The translations under genes were made by a program, and so were the position numbers. From Octopus sinensis (taxonomy: Eukaryota), in assembly GCF_006345805.1 (NCBI RefSeq), contig NC_043007.1, positions 28,768,001 through 28,832,000 on the forward strand: DNA of 64,000 nucleotides, given 5' to 3'. Positions within the stretch are counted from its first letter, which is position 1. Each line of letters begins with the position of its first letter. The notes below the pieces were generated by a model that worked only from the letters and a program-made list of their open reading frames with translations, searched no databases and was not told the DNA's origin. This document shows, piece after piece, positions 34,701 through 47,135 of this stretch.

Positions 34701-37223
34701 ATGATGCGTGTGTACGTACAGCCATGCTACATGGTAGTGAAACATGGGCCGTGACAGCTGAGGATATGCGTAAGCTTGCAAGAAATGAAGCCAGTATGCT
34801 CCGATGGATGTGTAATGTCAGTGTTCATAATCGTCAGAGTGTAAGTACTTTGAGAGAAAAGTTGAACCTAAGAAGTGTCAGTTGTGGTGTGCAAGAGAGA
34901 CGGCTGCGCTGGTATGGTCATGTGACGAGAATGGCTGAAGATAGTTGTGTGCAAAAGTGCTACACCTAGCAGTTGAGGGAACCTGTGGAAGAGGTAGACC
35001 CAGGAAAACCTGGGACGAGGTGGTGAAGCACGACCTTCGAACTTTAGGTCTCACCAAGGAAATGACTGAAGACCGAGTCCTATGGAAGTGTGCTGTGCAT
35101 GAGAGGACCCGGCAGGACTAGTCAGGCCATATCCCGTGGCCCCTACCTGGGACGTCTGTGCATACCTTCCTTCTTGTGACACTTGTGAAGACCTGCTGAG
35201 GCAAGTGAAGTGAAAATCAATCAAAATAGATGAACATCAATGGAATTTGTATCTTTGTGGTACCAGTGCCTGTGGCACACAAGAAAACCATCCGAACGTG
35301 GCCGTAGCCAGTACCGCATCGACTGGCCTCCGTGCTGTGGGAACATGGTGGCACATAAAAAAAACCCATCCGAAGACCCGGCGCAAGACTAGTCAGGTCA
35401 TAACCCGTGGGCCCTACCTGGGACGTAGTCAGTCCACCTGTACATACCTTCCGACTTGTGAAGACCTGCTGAGGCAGTGAAAATCAAATCAAATCAAAAC
35501 AAATCAAAATAGATGAACATCAATGGAATTTGTATCCTTGTGGTACCAGTGCCAGTGGCACACAAGAATCCATCCGAACGTGGCCGTAGTCAGTACCGCT
35601 TGTGGTACCAGTGCCGGTGGCACACAGAATCCATCCGAACGTGGCCGTAGTCAGTACCGCTTGTGGTACCAGTGCCGGTGGCACACAAGAATCCATCCGA
35701 ACGTGGCCGTAGTCAGTACCGCATCACTGGCCATCCGATCGTGGCCGTTCGCCAGCCTCATCTAGCACCTGGTCGGTGGCACACAAAAACACCATCCGAA
35801 GACCCGGCAAGTAGTCAGGCCATAACCCATGGCCCCTACCTGGGACGTAGTCAGTCCACCTGTGCATACCTTCCTTCTTGTGACACTTGTGAAGACCTGT
35901 TGAGGCAAGTGAAAATCAAATCAAAACAAATCAAAATAGATGATGCATCAATGGAATCTGTATCTTTGTGGTACCAGTGCCGGTGGCACACACTTTGTGG
36001 TACCAGTGCCGGTGGCACACATGAGACCATCCGAACGTGGCCGTAGCCAGTTCCGCATCGACCGGCCTCCGTGCTGTGGGCACGTAACAAAACCATCCGA
36101 TCATGGCCGTTCGCCAGCCTCATCTGGCACCTGTGTCGGTGGCACATAAAAAACACCTTCCGAAGACCCGGCAAGACTAGTCAGTCCACCTGTGCATACC
36201 TTCCTTCCTTCTTGTGACACTTGTGAAGACCGGTTGAGGCAAGTGAAAATCAAATCAAATCAAATCAAATCAAAATAGACAAAATAGATGAACATCAATG
36301 GAATTTGTATCTTGTGGTACCAGTGCCTGTGGCACACAAGAAATCCATCAGTGCCGTAGTCAGTGCGGTGGGCACATGACAAACACCATCCGATCGTGGC
36401 CGTTCGCCAGCCTCATCTAGCACCTGTGTCGGTGGGCATAAAAACACCATCCGAAGACCCGGCAAGACTAGTCAGGCCATAACCCATGGCCCCTACCTGG
36501 GACGTAGTCAGTCCACCTGTGCATACCTTCCTTCTTGTGACACTTGTGAAGACCTGTTGAGGCAAGTGAAAAAAATCAAATCAAAACAAATCAAAATAGA
36601 TGAACATCAATGGAATTTGTATCTTTGTGGTACCAGTGCCGGTGGCACGTGGGCATAAGAAAACCATCCGAACGTGGCCGTAGCCAGTACCGCATCGACT
36701 GGCCTCCGTGCTGTGGGCACGTAACAAGCACCATCCGATCGTGGCCGTTTGCCAGCCTCATCTGGCACCTGTGTCGGTGGCACATAAAAACACCAAAACA
36801 CCATCCGAGCGTGGCCGTCTGCCAGCCTCGTCTGGCACCTGTGTCGGTGGCACATAAAAACACCATCCGAGCGTGGCCGTCTGCCAGCCTCGTCTGGCAC
36901 CTGTGTCGGTGGCACATAAAAAACACCATCCGAGCGTGGCCGTCTGCCAGCCTCGTCTGGCACCTGTGTCGGTGGCACATAAAAAACACCATCCGAGCGT
37001 GGCCGTTTGTCAGCCTCGTCTGGCACCTGTGTCGGTGGCACATAGAATCACCCACTACACTCTCGGAGTGGTTGCGTTAGGAAGGGCATCCTGCTAGTAG
37101 AAACACTGCCAGATCTGACTGGACTGGTGCAGCTTTCGGGCTCCCCAGACCCCAGTTGAACCGTCCAACCCATGCTAGCATGGAAAGCGGACGTTAAATG
37201 ATGATGATGATGATGATGATGAT
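31770..37223 (+). mobile_element. Near full-length RTE-clade LINE (APE-RT with internal C4HC3 finger), a few frameshifts, expanded 3' UTR, (GAT)n tail
   Basis: APE motifs LRVGTLN, MQEIRW, GDFNGHVG, SQIDYIL and QHRLV. RT motifs KAPGPSG, YRGIKLL, QFGF, FVDLEKAFDRV, GVHQGSVLSPLLF, ELLYADDL and FRYLG. C-terminal GRGRPRKTW. Stop ~35120. Tail GTTAAATGATGATG. The 5' boundary is approximate. Confidence 0.95.
35109..37045 (+). repeat. Higher-order tandem array forming the LINE 3' UTR
   Basis: Five units start at CCCGGCAAG(AC)TAG-like motifs (~35109, 35377, 35803, 36164, 36456). A ~60-bp subunit CCATCCGAGCGTGGCCGTCTGCCAGCCTCGTCTGGCACCTGTGTCGGTGGCACATAAAAA is repeated ~5x at 36730-37042. Confidence 0.9.
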
Positions 37224-37230
37224 ATATATT

Positions 37231-37470
37231 AATATAATTCGAGACAAAACCACTATTTTAAAACCAAACAAGGAAAGACTTAATCAATACATAAAATTTT
37301 AATATAAATTAAATAAACCGCCACTACAAATGTTTCATGTCTGCTCCGACTGTCGGAGCAGACATGAAACATTGTAGTGGCGGTTTATTTAATTTATATT
37401 AAAATTTTATGTATTGATTAAGTCTTTCCTTGTTTGGTTTTAAAATAGTGGTTTTGTCTCAAATTATATT
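37231..37470. repeat. Near-perfect 240-bp palindrome (120-bp arms, 1-nt centre at 37351)
   Basis: …ATGTTTCATGTCTGCTCCGAC T GTCGGAGCAGACATGAAACAT… I see only one indel and one substitution between the arms. Confidence 0.97.
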
Positions 37471-37555
37471 ATATAATATTTTACTATAAAATTGGATTTA
37501 ACCCTAAATCTGATCTTTCCCTGTAATTTTGGATTCATTCCCTAATATTTATTAT

Positions 37556-37590
<35 letters not shown>

Positions 37591-37591
<1 letters not shown>

Positions 37592-39080
37592 TAGCATTAT
37601 GACCCGTCGTTGCCGGGTCATAGTGCTAGTGCATGTATATATGTGTATATATATGTGTACATATTACATGTACATCTATATATATACATCTACACATAAA
37701 ATACAAAATACAAAGTTATATCTTGATATTGCTAGTGATAACAATACTCAAAATATATAACAGACTGGAATTGTTAGCCCGTCTCTTGCAATTTCGATCA
37801 ATTGTGTCTTGTCCTCCCTCTTGTATAGAAGTGTCGCTAAAATCCAGCCTACCTCTACTTCTGGGGGGGAGATTTAATTTTTATCCGGGACGTCCTACGT
37901 CCCAGATATAAAGGTAAAAATAAAATATTTCCACTTTGCAAGGTTCAAGTCGAGTACTCCCTTGCACGCTCCGTTGACTCGAACCTTGCTTCTATTGTGG
38001 CGAATTTACTGCCTCTGGTTAGATATCTTTCATAGTTGCACCAAGACACTTTTCGATGGTGCTTTCCTCCAGGTGTTCAAATTTTTTTTTTTCTCTACAT
38101 AGTGTACTTTATAGACAATAGTCTTTTCTTTAATTTAATTTTTTATTTCGTTTGGTGGTGTTATCCTAGATTCACTGTCTTTGTCGGTGATCAGTCCGAA
38201 ATAGGTTTGTATTTCTTCCATTTTAATTTTAATGAGTTCACGCCCGCCGACGGCTGCAGTGAAATTCATTTTTGGACTTTCTTCTATCGAAGGCATTCTA
38301 ACAAAAATGCTTCCGTGTAAATGGTAAAAATATTGTCAATTTCCCCAAACAGGGACACAATTCAATTTTTAAACAATAACCCTTCTCCCAAAGGGGGAGG
38401 GTTACAGTTTACAATTATTTAACAAATGCAACACAAGAACGTTTCCCTTATGAGGAACCAACAAACGTGATAACAATAGTTAAACAGTAATAATAATAAC
38501 AGTACTCAGTAGAAGCAGCTGTTCGAGAAAACAGACATTACATACAGCCAAACTTCATATAGATACTTAATGCTAGCTAATTAGCAGATAATCTAATGTA
38601 AAAGCCGTGGTAAAGGGTATTGCACACCTCCATCTGGACTATTCCATTTCTGCACGCTAATTTTATTTTTAATTTATTCCCATTCATGTGAAGCCACTTA
38701 TTCAAGTTCAAGTCATTGATGCAATTTTATACCAATTGCTATTTTTACTTTTGTTATGTTACGATTATATTATACTTTAGTTTGATTTTAATTATTACTT
38801 ATTACATATAATTCAATTGTTATTATTATTTTTATTGTTAAAGTGAAAGTATCTGACATAAAATAGAGAAATGTTTTTGTTTCACTTTTAACACGGAATA
38901 CTGAAATAGTGGAGAAGACATGATATTGCTATGGGCTAGCTCTAGGCAAAAAGTTAAAAATTATTTTTGCTGATGACACTCCCTGGTCCCTAAGTAAGGC
39001 ATGTGTAAAATTTGAATGAAATTGGTTGTGTAGTTCTCAAGTTTTAGGGAAACACACAGACAGACAGACACACATTCTCA

Positions 39081-39095
<15 letters not shown>
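37591..39095 (-). mobile_element. Non-autonomous Helitron-like element inserted in (TA)n
   Basis: Minus-strand 3' end is a hairpin plus CTAG (CTAGCACTATGACCCG…CGGGTCATAATGCTAG). Minus-strand 5' end is TATATAAAACTGAGAATGTGTGTCTGTCTG…CAACCAATTTCATTCAAATTTT, the architecture typical of animal non-autonomous Helitrons. Confidence 0.75.
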
Positions 39096-39130
<35 letters not shown>

Positions 39131-39349
39131 CATACATACATACACACACACATACAGATAAGAAGAGAAATGGAACAACAATTAACAATTTGAAGTTGAT
39201 CATTGGTATTAAAAGGTCAGAGTTTAATTGTAGTTGAAAAACATTTACAGCTGTTTCAATTTGTCATTTTTGAAGTAAATTTGCATTTATCTCGTTCCAT
39301 TTAACAAACAACCTTTTTCTTTTCCTTTTTCTCCTGTCTATATTGCCCC

Positions 39350-40730
39350 GATATAAAAAAGGTGTAGGTAGAAACTCTATAAGGTGCACCAAGTGTTAGC
39401 TATGGACACATAAGAGGTGCAGCAATGTCAAAGGAAGGCTAACTAGGAAAATAGTTTTTGTCTGTGGCAGATGCTCAGGAGCAATAAACACTGGAAATGT
39501 GCAGAGACCAACTTCTACCACGTTCCAGGGAGACAAACTAGAAGTAGTTGATAGCTTCCGCTACCTAGGTGACCAAGTCAGTAGCGGGGGTGGGTGTTCT
39601 GAAAGTGTAACTGCTAGAGTAAGAATAGCCTGGGCAAAGTTTAGAGAGCTCCTACCCCTGCTGGTGACAAAATGCCTCTCGCTCAGAGTAAAAGGCAGAC
39701 TGTATGATGCATGTGTACGTACAGCCATGCTACATGGTAGTGAAACATGGGCCGTGACTGCTGAGGATATGCGTAAGCTCGCAAGAAATGAAGCCAGTAT
39801 GCTCCGATGGATGTGTAATGTCAGTGTTCATTATCGACAGAGTGTAAGTACCTTGAGAGAAAAGTTGAACCTAAGAAGCATCAGTTGTGGTGTGCAAGAG
39901 AGATGGCTGCGCTGGTATGGTCATGTGACGAGAATGGCTGAAGATAGTTGTGTGCAAAAGTGCTACATCCTAGCAGTTGAGGGAACCTGTGGAAGAGGTA
40001 GACCCAGGAAAACCTGGGACAAGGTGGTGAAGCACGACCTTCGAACTTTAGGTCTCACCAAGGAAATGACTAGAGACCGAGACCTATGGAAGTATGCTGT
40101 GCGTGAGAAGACCCGGCAAGACTAGTGAGGCCATAACCCGTGGCTCCTACCTGGGACGTAGTCAGTCCACCTGTGCATACCTTCCTTCTTGTGACACTTG
40201 TGAAGACCTGTTGAGGCAAGTGAAAATCAAACCAAATCAAAATAGATGAACATCAATGGAATTTGTATCTTTGTGGTACCAGTGCCGGTGGGACATAAGA
40301 AAACCATCCGAACGTGGCCGTAGCCAGTACCGCATCGACTAGCCTCCGTGCTGTGGGCACATAACAAACACCATCCGATCGTGGCCATTCGCCAGCCTCG
40401 TCTGGCACCTGTGTCGGTGGCACATATAAAAAACACCATCCGAGCGTGGCCGTCTGCCAGCCTCGTCTGGCACCTGTGTCGGTGGCACATATAAAAAACA
40501 CCATCCGAGCATGGCCATCTGCCAGCCTCGTCTGGCACCTGTGTCGGTGGCACATAAAATCACCCACTACACTTTCGGAGTGGTTGGCGTTAGGAAGGGC
40601 ATCCAGCTGTAGAAACACTGCCAGATCTGACTGGCCTGGTGCAGCCTTCGGGCTCCCCAGACCCCAGTTGAACCGTCCAACCCATGCTAGCATGGAAAGC
40701 GGACGTTAAACGATGATGATAATGATGATG
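39350..40730 (+). mobile_element. 5'-truncated young RTE copy with short 3' UTR and (GAT)n tail
   Basis: ORF 39499-40125 is uninterrupted to TRQD*. One UTR unit, then the same tail as 37050-37223. Confidence 0.95.
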
Positions 40731-41155
40731 ATACTCTAAGTCATTCTGACGATGTATATATGTATGTATGTATGTGTATATATATATATATGTATACACA
40801 CACACACACACATATAATCAAATAATCAAGAAAGAGAGAGAGGAGAAAAATATAAACGCATATATAAATATATGTATGTATTTATATATATATGTATATG
40901 TTTATGCATACACACCCACTTCTATACAAGCATTTCTTTTTTATGTTTTCCATCCTTTAGCCAAAAGGGAAGACAGTGCCAATGGACTCCTTAGAGGGCC
41001 TTTGTGACCGATGGGAGGTGGGAGATGCGATCCTTAAACCAGAAAGCTTGTGTTAATGCTTACAACAGAATGGACTTCTCTAAAGGTTTCTCTATTGGCA
41101 CAGAAGGACATAAGCAGCAGATAAATGTATAAAGAAGTGAGGGGGTTTCTTTTAC

Positions 41156-41272
41156 CTTTCCAGAATAAATTAACTTTCGGACTTCAACTTTAGCAAGATA
41201 CCAGCCAGCACCAAAACCAGATCCATCATGACCAATGCGAATCTTTTCAACATCATCTCCAATATTTTCCAT
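41156..41272 (-). CDS. LOXHD1: LOXHD1-like exon
   Basis: TTCATAAG acceptor, GTAAAA donor, 117 nt, phase 0-0. Reads MENIGDDVEKIRIGHDGSGFGAGWYLAKVEVRKLIYSGK. Confidence 0.95.
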
Positions 41273-43496
41273 CTTATGAAATAGGAAAAGAGAATTGCAT
41301 GGTTGAACGCTAAAAATCATTTATGTTTCTCACACCTCAAATCTATAAACCCCAGCATTTATTCAAAATGATGTATTGCAAAAAAAGAACAGAGATTTAT
41401 AAGAGGCACAGCAACTGAGAGTTTGTGCAAGACAAGTTTGTTTGGAGAAGGTGCAGTTGAAGCAAAGGTTGTAGCCAGATGGAAGGTGAAAGAGTAGATG
41501 AATGCTATAGGTGACAGGCATGGAAAGAGTGGAAGAAAGGAGGAGATGTGGGAAACAATATTGAATAGGTTGGGGAGAAGTTAGATATGAGGTTTAGATT
41601 TAAGGAAAAGAAGTACAAAATAACAGGTTTATCAATGTTGTATGATGTGAGGATGCGATGAGAGATTTGAGTGAGAGTCAAAACGTTTATCGGGGGTCGG
41701 GGTGGAGGTGGAAAGTTTGGACTCTGAGCTCCACTGAACCTCAGAATAAATGTTGCTAAATGTTAAAAATGGTGTTAGTCTTGTATATGCAAGACTAACA
41801 TGGTGTTAGAGCTGCACATGGTAGTAGCAGTGGTGGTGATGGGGTTTAGGTGGAAATATCTGACCATAGGCTATTCACACACTTCTTTTCAGATACGAGA
41901 TACAGACATCAAAGAATAATCCATACATCACCAGAAATGTCCCGCTTCCTCTCATGGCTGCTACCATCAGCATTGAGGAATGGTAGATGTGGAAAGATTA
42001 TGGAGTTGCTGGCACAGATTTGAGGAGATGTGTATTGTGTGCAAGAAGTAAGATGAAGAGGAATTTTAAGCAAACCTTTCACAGGCAAAACAAACAAAAT
42101 CATCTTTATTATTTAACATCCACTTTCCATATTGGTGTGGGTTGGATGCTTTGATAGGAGTTGGTGATCTAGAAGATTGTGCGAAGCTCTACTGCTTGCT
42201 TTGGTGTGGTTTCTGTTGTCCGATGCCCTTCCAATGTCAATCACTTTACAGAGTGTCCAGGGTGCTTTCTACATTGTACCAGCACAAGTCATTAAGTAAC
42301 TAGCAAGACTGAGTGGGGGAGAGGTGACTTTATGCCAGGTGATGAGACATTAAAGAATGGGTTGGGGTGTCTCTCTGTAGAGGAGAGGGAGAGAGAAAAG
42401 ATGGAAGTGAAAATGCATTTGGGTGTGCCCTCAAGTTAGATGGAAGTGTATAGAAGAAAATTGGATAAAGTGAGAGGATTTTATAGTCATCAGGAAAACA
42501 AGACAGACAGAAGCTTTGTGTCCCCACAAAGAATGTATTACTTAGTTGACACACAGGGCAACAAGGAAAAAGACAAAGAACCATAATATAAATGACAAGT
42601 GGGAATGGGGACTTGTGCAGTCGGCCAAGTAGAAGAGAGAAGATGTGCAGAAGCTATAACCAGGAACTCCTGCAAGGGCAAAAGAGATGTTCTAGAAAGA
42701 AGCAGGTTCTGAAAAGAACAGAGTTTTAGCACAACTGGTTGGGAAGAAGATCACTTTAGATGCCATGCACTTTGCTTTGTGCCAGAATGGAATAACCAAT
42801 GATTTCCTCTTCCAAATGAGAGAGCTACATAAGACATTTCTATCCTACATCTCATATTTGTTGAAATGGAGAAGTTTTTAACAAGGTATCATGGTGTGAT
42901 CTAGTGGTGAGTAAGAAACTAGGTGGTGCAAGCCATGCATAAGATGCTGTTAGAAAGGTGAAGAATTTAGTGTGCAGGTAAGAGTTTATTGAAATTTGCT
43001 TCACCACTCTCTCCAGTTTATTATAATTCTTCAGGCCTTAACAAAGGAGATTAACACTGATAGTCCATGAGAACTCCTGTATATTAACAGCTTAATTCTC
43101 ACTCCTGAATCTGTAAAAAAACTGAAAGAAATTCCAAGCATGGAATCAAAACCTGGACTCAAAAGGCCTCACTGCAAACCTGAGAAAAAGACAGAACGCT
43201 TGGGTCTCTTCAATAACTGGAACAAAAGTGGGAGGGTTCTGTGATTCTGCACTTCCTGAAAAACCAAGATTGATAAGAAAATATAAGTTTGAGTTAATCC
43301 AGAATTTTGGATTATCTGGCCCTAAGAGGTTGATGGAAGATATTAACCAGTGCTAGAATATATTGGTGTCTTGGGGTTACTAGAATATATTGGTGTCTTG
43401 GGGCTAATTCTGAGATAAATTGTGTTATTGAAGCCCAATATTGTGTGTTAAGATGAGGAAATGGAAATAGAAAATTTGGTATCTCTGCAGACTTAC

Positions 43497-43675
43497 CTCT
43501 AAAATAAATTTATCTACAGCATTTCTTCTGAATTTCTGTTTTCTCTCGTTTTTCGTGAGACACAGAGGCTTTTGTTGTGTTCTCTTGTCTTTACTGTAGA
43601 GGGCAATGTAGACATTGGCATCTGTGGAAGCCTGAGCAACATCTCCAGTGTATGTGGTTATTTCATATGGTATAT
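43497..43675 (-). CDS. LOXHD1: LOXHD1-like exon
   Basis: CCTCCTCAG acceptor (phase 1), GTAAGT donor (phase 0), 179 nt. Reads IPYEITTYTGDVAQASTDANVYIALYSKDKRTQQKPLCLTKNERKQKFRRNAVDKFILE. Confidence 0.95.
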
Positions 43676-44349
43676 CTGAGGAGGGACAGTAAAGACAGCA
43701 GAAAGAATCAGAATTATTTCAACATTTCTTAAATGAAATTAGCAGGAATCATGTCATGAATAAAAACAATAAAACTGGGGAAAATAAAAAAGATTAAAAA
43801 AAAAATATTAGCACCTGTTGATACATTTGTAGGTGTGAAATAATAGAGACAGGTGTTGTATAAGTGCCAGGATGGCTATGTGGTTAAGAAGCTTGGTTCC
43901 CAGCCACACGGTTTTGGGTTCAGTCCTGCTGCCTAGCACCTTGGGCAAGTGACTTCTGCTATGTCCTCAGGCTGACCAAAGCTTCATCAATAGAATTGGT
44001 TGATTGAAACTGAAAGTCTGTCACACACACACACACAGCCCAGCCTTCCTACACAACACATACTGACCGTTTATCTAAACAAACCTTCCTGGGGTTTATA
44101 TCCTCACTTATCTTCCTCTTTCCACAACCCCTGTAGATTCTCCATCACCCTTCACTACTTCCTGATAGTAAGGACCCTACATTTACTCTATGACTTGAGT
44201 GATCTCAATCATCGAAGGGAACCAAGACAAGGTTTGAATTCAGACAATCAAGAAATGTAACTAAAGACCACCACAAAGGCATTTTGCATTAGGCTCCACA
44301 GGTTCTAATCTTTTACAACCAATGACGAAGGGGCCTCTATGTGGTTACT

Positions 44350-44500
44350 TCACCTGCTAGAAACAGTAGCCAAATGTCTCTCAAATCACACTCAACATCT
44401 TAAATAAGGAAAAAATTTATTAGTTGATGTAGTCCAAGACAGTCCTGAAAAAGTGGAGTGGTCAAAGCTGGAATGTCTTTGATCAAATCCTGATTGAGCA
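44350..44500 (+). repeat. Unclassified interspersed repeat family
   Basis: GCTAGAAA(C/T)AG(T/C)AGCCAAAT(G/C)TCTCTCAAATCACAC…GCTGGAATGTCTTT recurs at ~49400, 53160, 61555, 63140 (+) and ~25680-25830 (-). Confidence 0.6.
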
Positions 44501-44583
44501 GAGGCCAAACAATAATAACCGCAATATCTAATGGATAAACAAATCTGCAGATGTGTTCTTATTTCTTGTCCAGTTGTACTTAC

Positions 44584-44765
44584 AAGGAATATAGTCTGAA
44601 GACAATGGCTGAGGATAAAGTTCCCTCTCCAACAGACCATCATCTTCACCTTTTGCCAACCAACGACCACAGGGGAAGTTCCAAGTCTTTCCAAGAGAAG
44701 GACAGTCAATGATGACTTTATCAAGACACCATGCACTTCCCAGTCCAGTGTCATCATGGCCGATT
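44584..44765 (-). CDS. LOXHD1: LOXHD1-like exon
   Basis: CTCTCCACAG acceptor (phase 2), GTAAGT donor (phase 1), 182 nt. Reads IGHDDTGLGSAWCLDKVIIDCPSLGKTWNFPCGRWLAKGEDDGLLERELYPQPLSSDYIP. Confidence 0.96.
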
Positions 44766-45650
44766 CTGTGGAGAGAGAGAGAGGAAGAGAGATATAGTTT
44801 ATTACACACATTGTTAGACAGTGCTATTGTTTTATCCTAGAGTTCCTTAGAAACAGATGTGTCTATTGACAATGCTATGTAACACCTGATATAATACGGC
44901 TGTTGTATATAATGTCCGTTGTCGAATCATGGCTGTTTGCTGGAATATCTTTTGTGATGTTTGTTGTACAAAGACCAAGAAATATTTTACATATTTCTAT
45001 TTTAAATACATTATTTATCTGTAGCAGTTTATTAAAAAGACTCACAATATTTTATGTATAGCAAATTGTTACAACACACCTTGATGGTGGTACTAACTAC
45101 TGCTGAAGTTTAGGTTATAGTACCAACAAATTATAGTATAGATTATTGTATTAACACACTATACCACTGGTACATGTAGGGCTGTAGTTGCCTGCGATGT
45201 GGTAACCTAGCAACATCTGGTCAATACTTGTTGACTGCAACAGGAAGCAGAGTTGGTTGCATATAGTGCAGATAGCAGGTCATCTGGGAATGTTATATCT
45301 AGAATGAACTAGCGTCATATCCAGTGGCAGATTCATTTCTCATCCACTTAACACCATAAACCTAGAGCTAAGTATTGGTTGTTAACACTTCCCCATGGTT
45401 TTATGAGGTTATGTATTTAGATATTTGTGGTTGACATCTCTTACAACATCATCTTTATCTCATGGCTGTTCAATCCAGCTCCCAAACCATCACACTGTTT
45501 TCATTTCAAAAGGCCATAACTAAATAAACAGAAGGTTGGAAGTTAAATTAGCAGTTGATATTACCAGGAATGAGTTGCTAACCAATCCAAAGGCATAGTC
45601 TTCAGTGATGTGAGAGTTATTATAAGAGTAAGATTTGATATGGAACTTAC

Positions 45651-45759
45651 TTGATTTTCTGAAGTTCTCCAGTATCAATGACTTCAATAATGAATTCATC
45701 AATTTGGTTTCGTTCAAACTTGTTGCTGTTTGTAATTGAAGATTTTAACAATATTTTCC
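45651..45759 (-). CDS. LOXHD1: LOXHD1-like exon
   Basis: GTTTCCAG acceptor (phase 1), GTAAGT donor (phase 2), 109 nt. Reads KILLKSSITNSNKFERNQIDEFIIEVIDTGELQKI. Confidence 0.94.
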
Positions 45760-46482
45760 CTGGAAACACAACCAGAAGCAGACAAACCTGAAACATCATC
45801 CACCGTCTTAACAGCAAGCAATCACAGAACAGCATTAGCAATCACTGGTTCAGCACCACACTACAGCTGGAGCAATCATTGATCATAGGTCAGCTCAGTC
45901 AGAATTGATCAAAGGATAAACAAGTCCTGACCCCTCTATTTACTCTTCCCACCTTGGGTCAAAGGACAACATAGAATTATGGATTCATTTTTAAAAATTT
46001 CATTTGGAGACCCCAGTCAAGACACATAGAACTCCTCTTGTAATCCTACATTATCACACTGGGGTAGGGTGGTGGAAACCCAATGTAGCTGGGCCCCAAT
46101 GAAATCTGAACCCTGAGGCAAATGATCACAAAGTTTCTATTTTCAAAACTAACCAATACCAACCTGTGGTGTCATGTGTCTGGCATTGTCCACCCAGGGG
46201 TGGCGTGTGCTGAGCCCTTTATTCTACATTGTTCCAGTTGGGTAGAGAAAGCATTGGTAGCTTGACATCAACTGAGATTGACATTTAAAAAACAAACATC
46301 ACAATGGGCTGAACACACACATGCAAGCATGCAAACACACACACACGTGTATGTGCACACGTTCAACACAATATAGGCACACACGCACTTACAAACACAC
46401 AAACCCACAGTGAAATATTTAAGAAAGTAAAAAGTCAATGTTATTGACCTGTGTTGGCAGAGGTGAGGATTTGATTCCTTAC

Positions 46483-46587
46483 CAGAGTTATCCAGGTGTC
46501 CGTACAGAATCACATAGACATTTGCATCAGTGCCAGCTCCCCATCTATCAGCAGTGTGCACCTTCACATGGTAGGTGGTGGTCAGGG
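46483..46587 (-). CDS. LOXHD1: LOXHD1-like exon
   Basis: GTTCCAG acceptor, GTAAGG donor, 105 nt, phase 1-1. Reads [34 protein letters not shown]. Confidence 0.94.
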
Positions 46588-47135
46588 CTGGAACACAGAT
46601 TTGGCAGGATGGAGGTTAGGCATGAAAGGGTGGGAGGAATGAATGTAGGGGAGAATGGTTACTGAGAAATTGTATAGTAGACATGTACTATAGTGGCTAC
46701 TCAGAAATATGATACAGCTGTTGCTACTGAAGGGTGTAATGTGAAAACTGTAGTAAGTAATTGCATTGTCGCTATGGCAACACGTAGAAGGAGGGTAGCT
46801 ACAGCAAAATGAGGTTTAGTAGTAAATACTGCATTTATATATATATCATCATCGATTAACGTCTGTTTTCCATGCTACACACACACACCCATCCCATGTG
46901 GCACTATGTAAAAGCACCCAAAACACTCTGTAAAGTGGTTGGTATCCAGTTGTAGAAACCATGCCAAATCAAACTGGAGCCTTGTCCAGCTCTGGTCAAA
47001 CCGTCCAACCCGTGTCAGCATGGACAATGGACATTAAATGATGATGGTGATGATACATGAATGCATGCACACACACACACACACATATATATGTATCAAA
47101 TGAAATAAAATGGAAAACAGGACACAAAGGATGTC

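Noticed and set aside
32180-34969. Intact, autonomous LINE ORF
   Set aside because: At least five frame breaks (~32175, 33050-33110, 34135, 34350, 34670). This copy is defective unless they are consensus errors.
35500-37045. Repeat-spacer appearance resembling a CRISPR array
   Set aside because: The intervening segments are themselves repeated, the context is a eukaryotic LINE UTR, and there are no cas genes.
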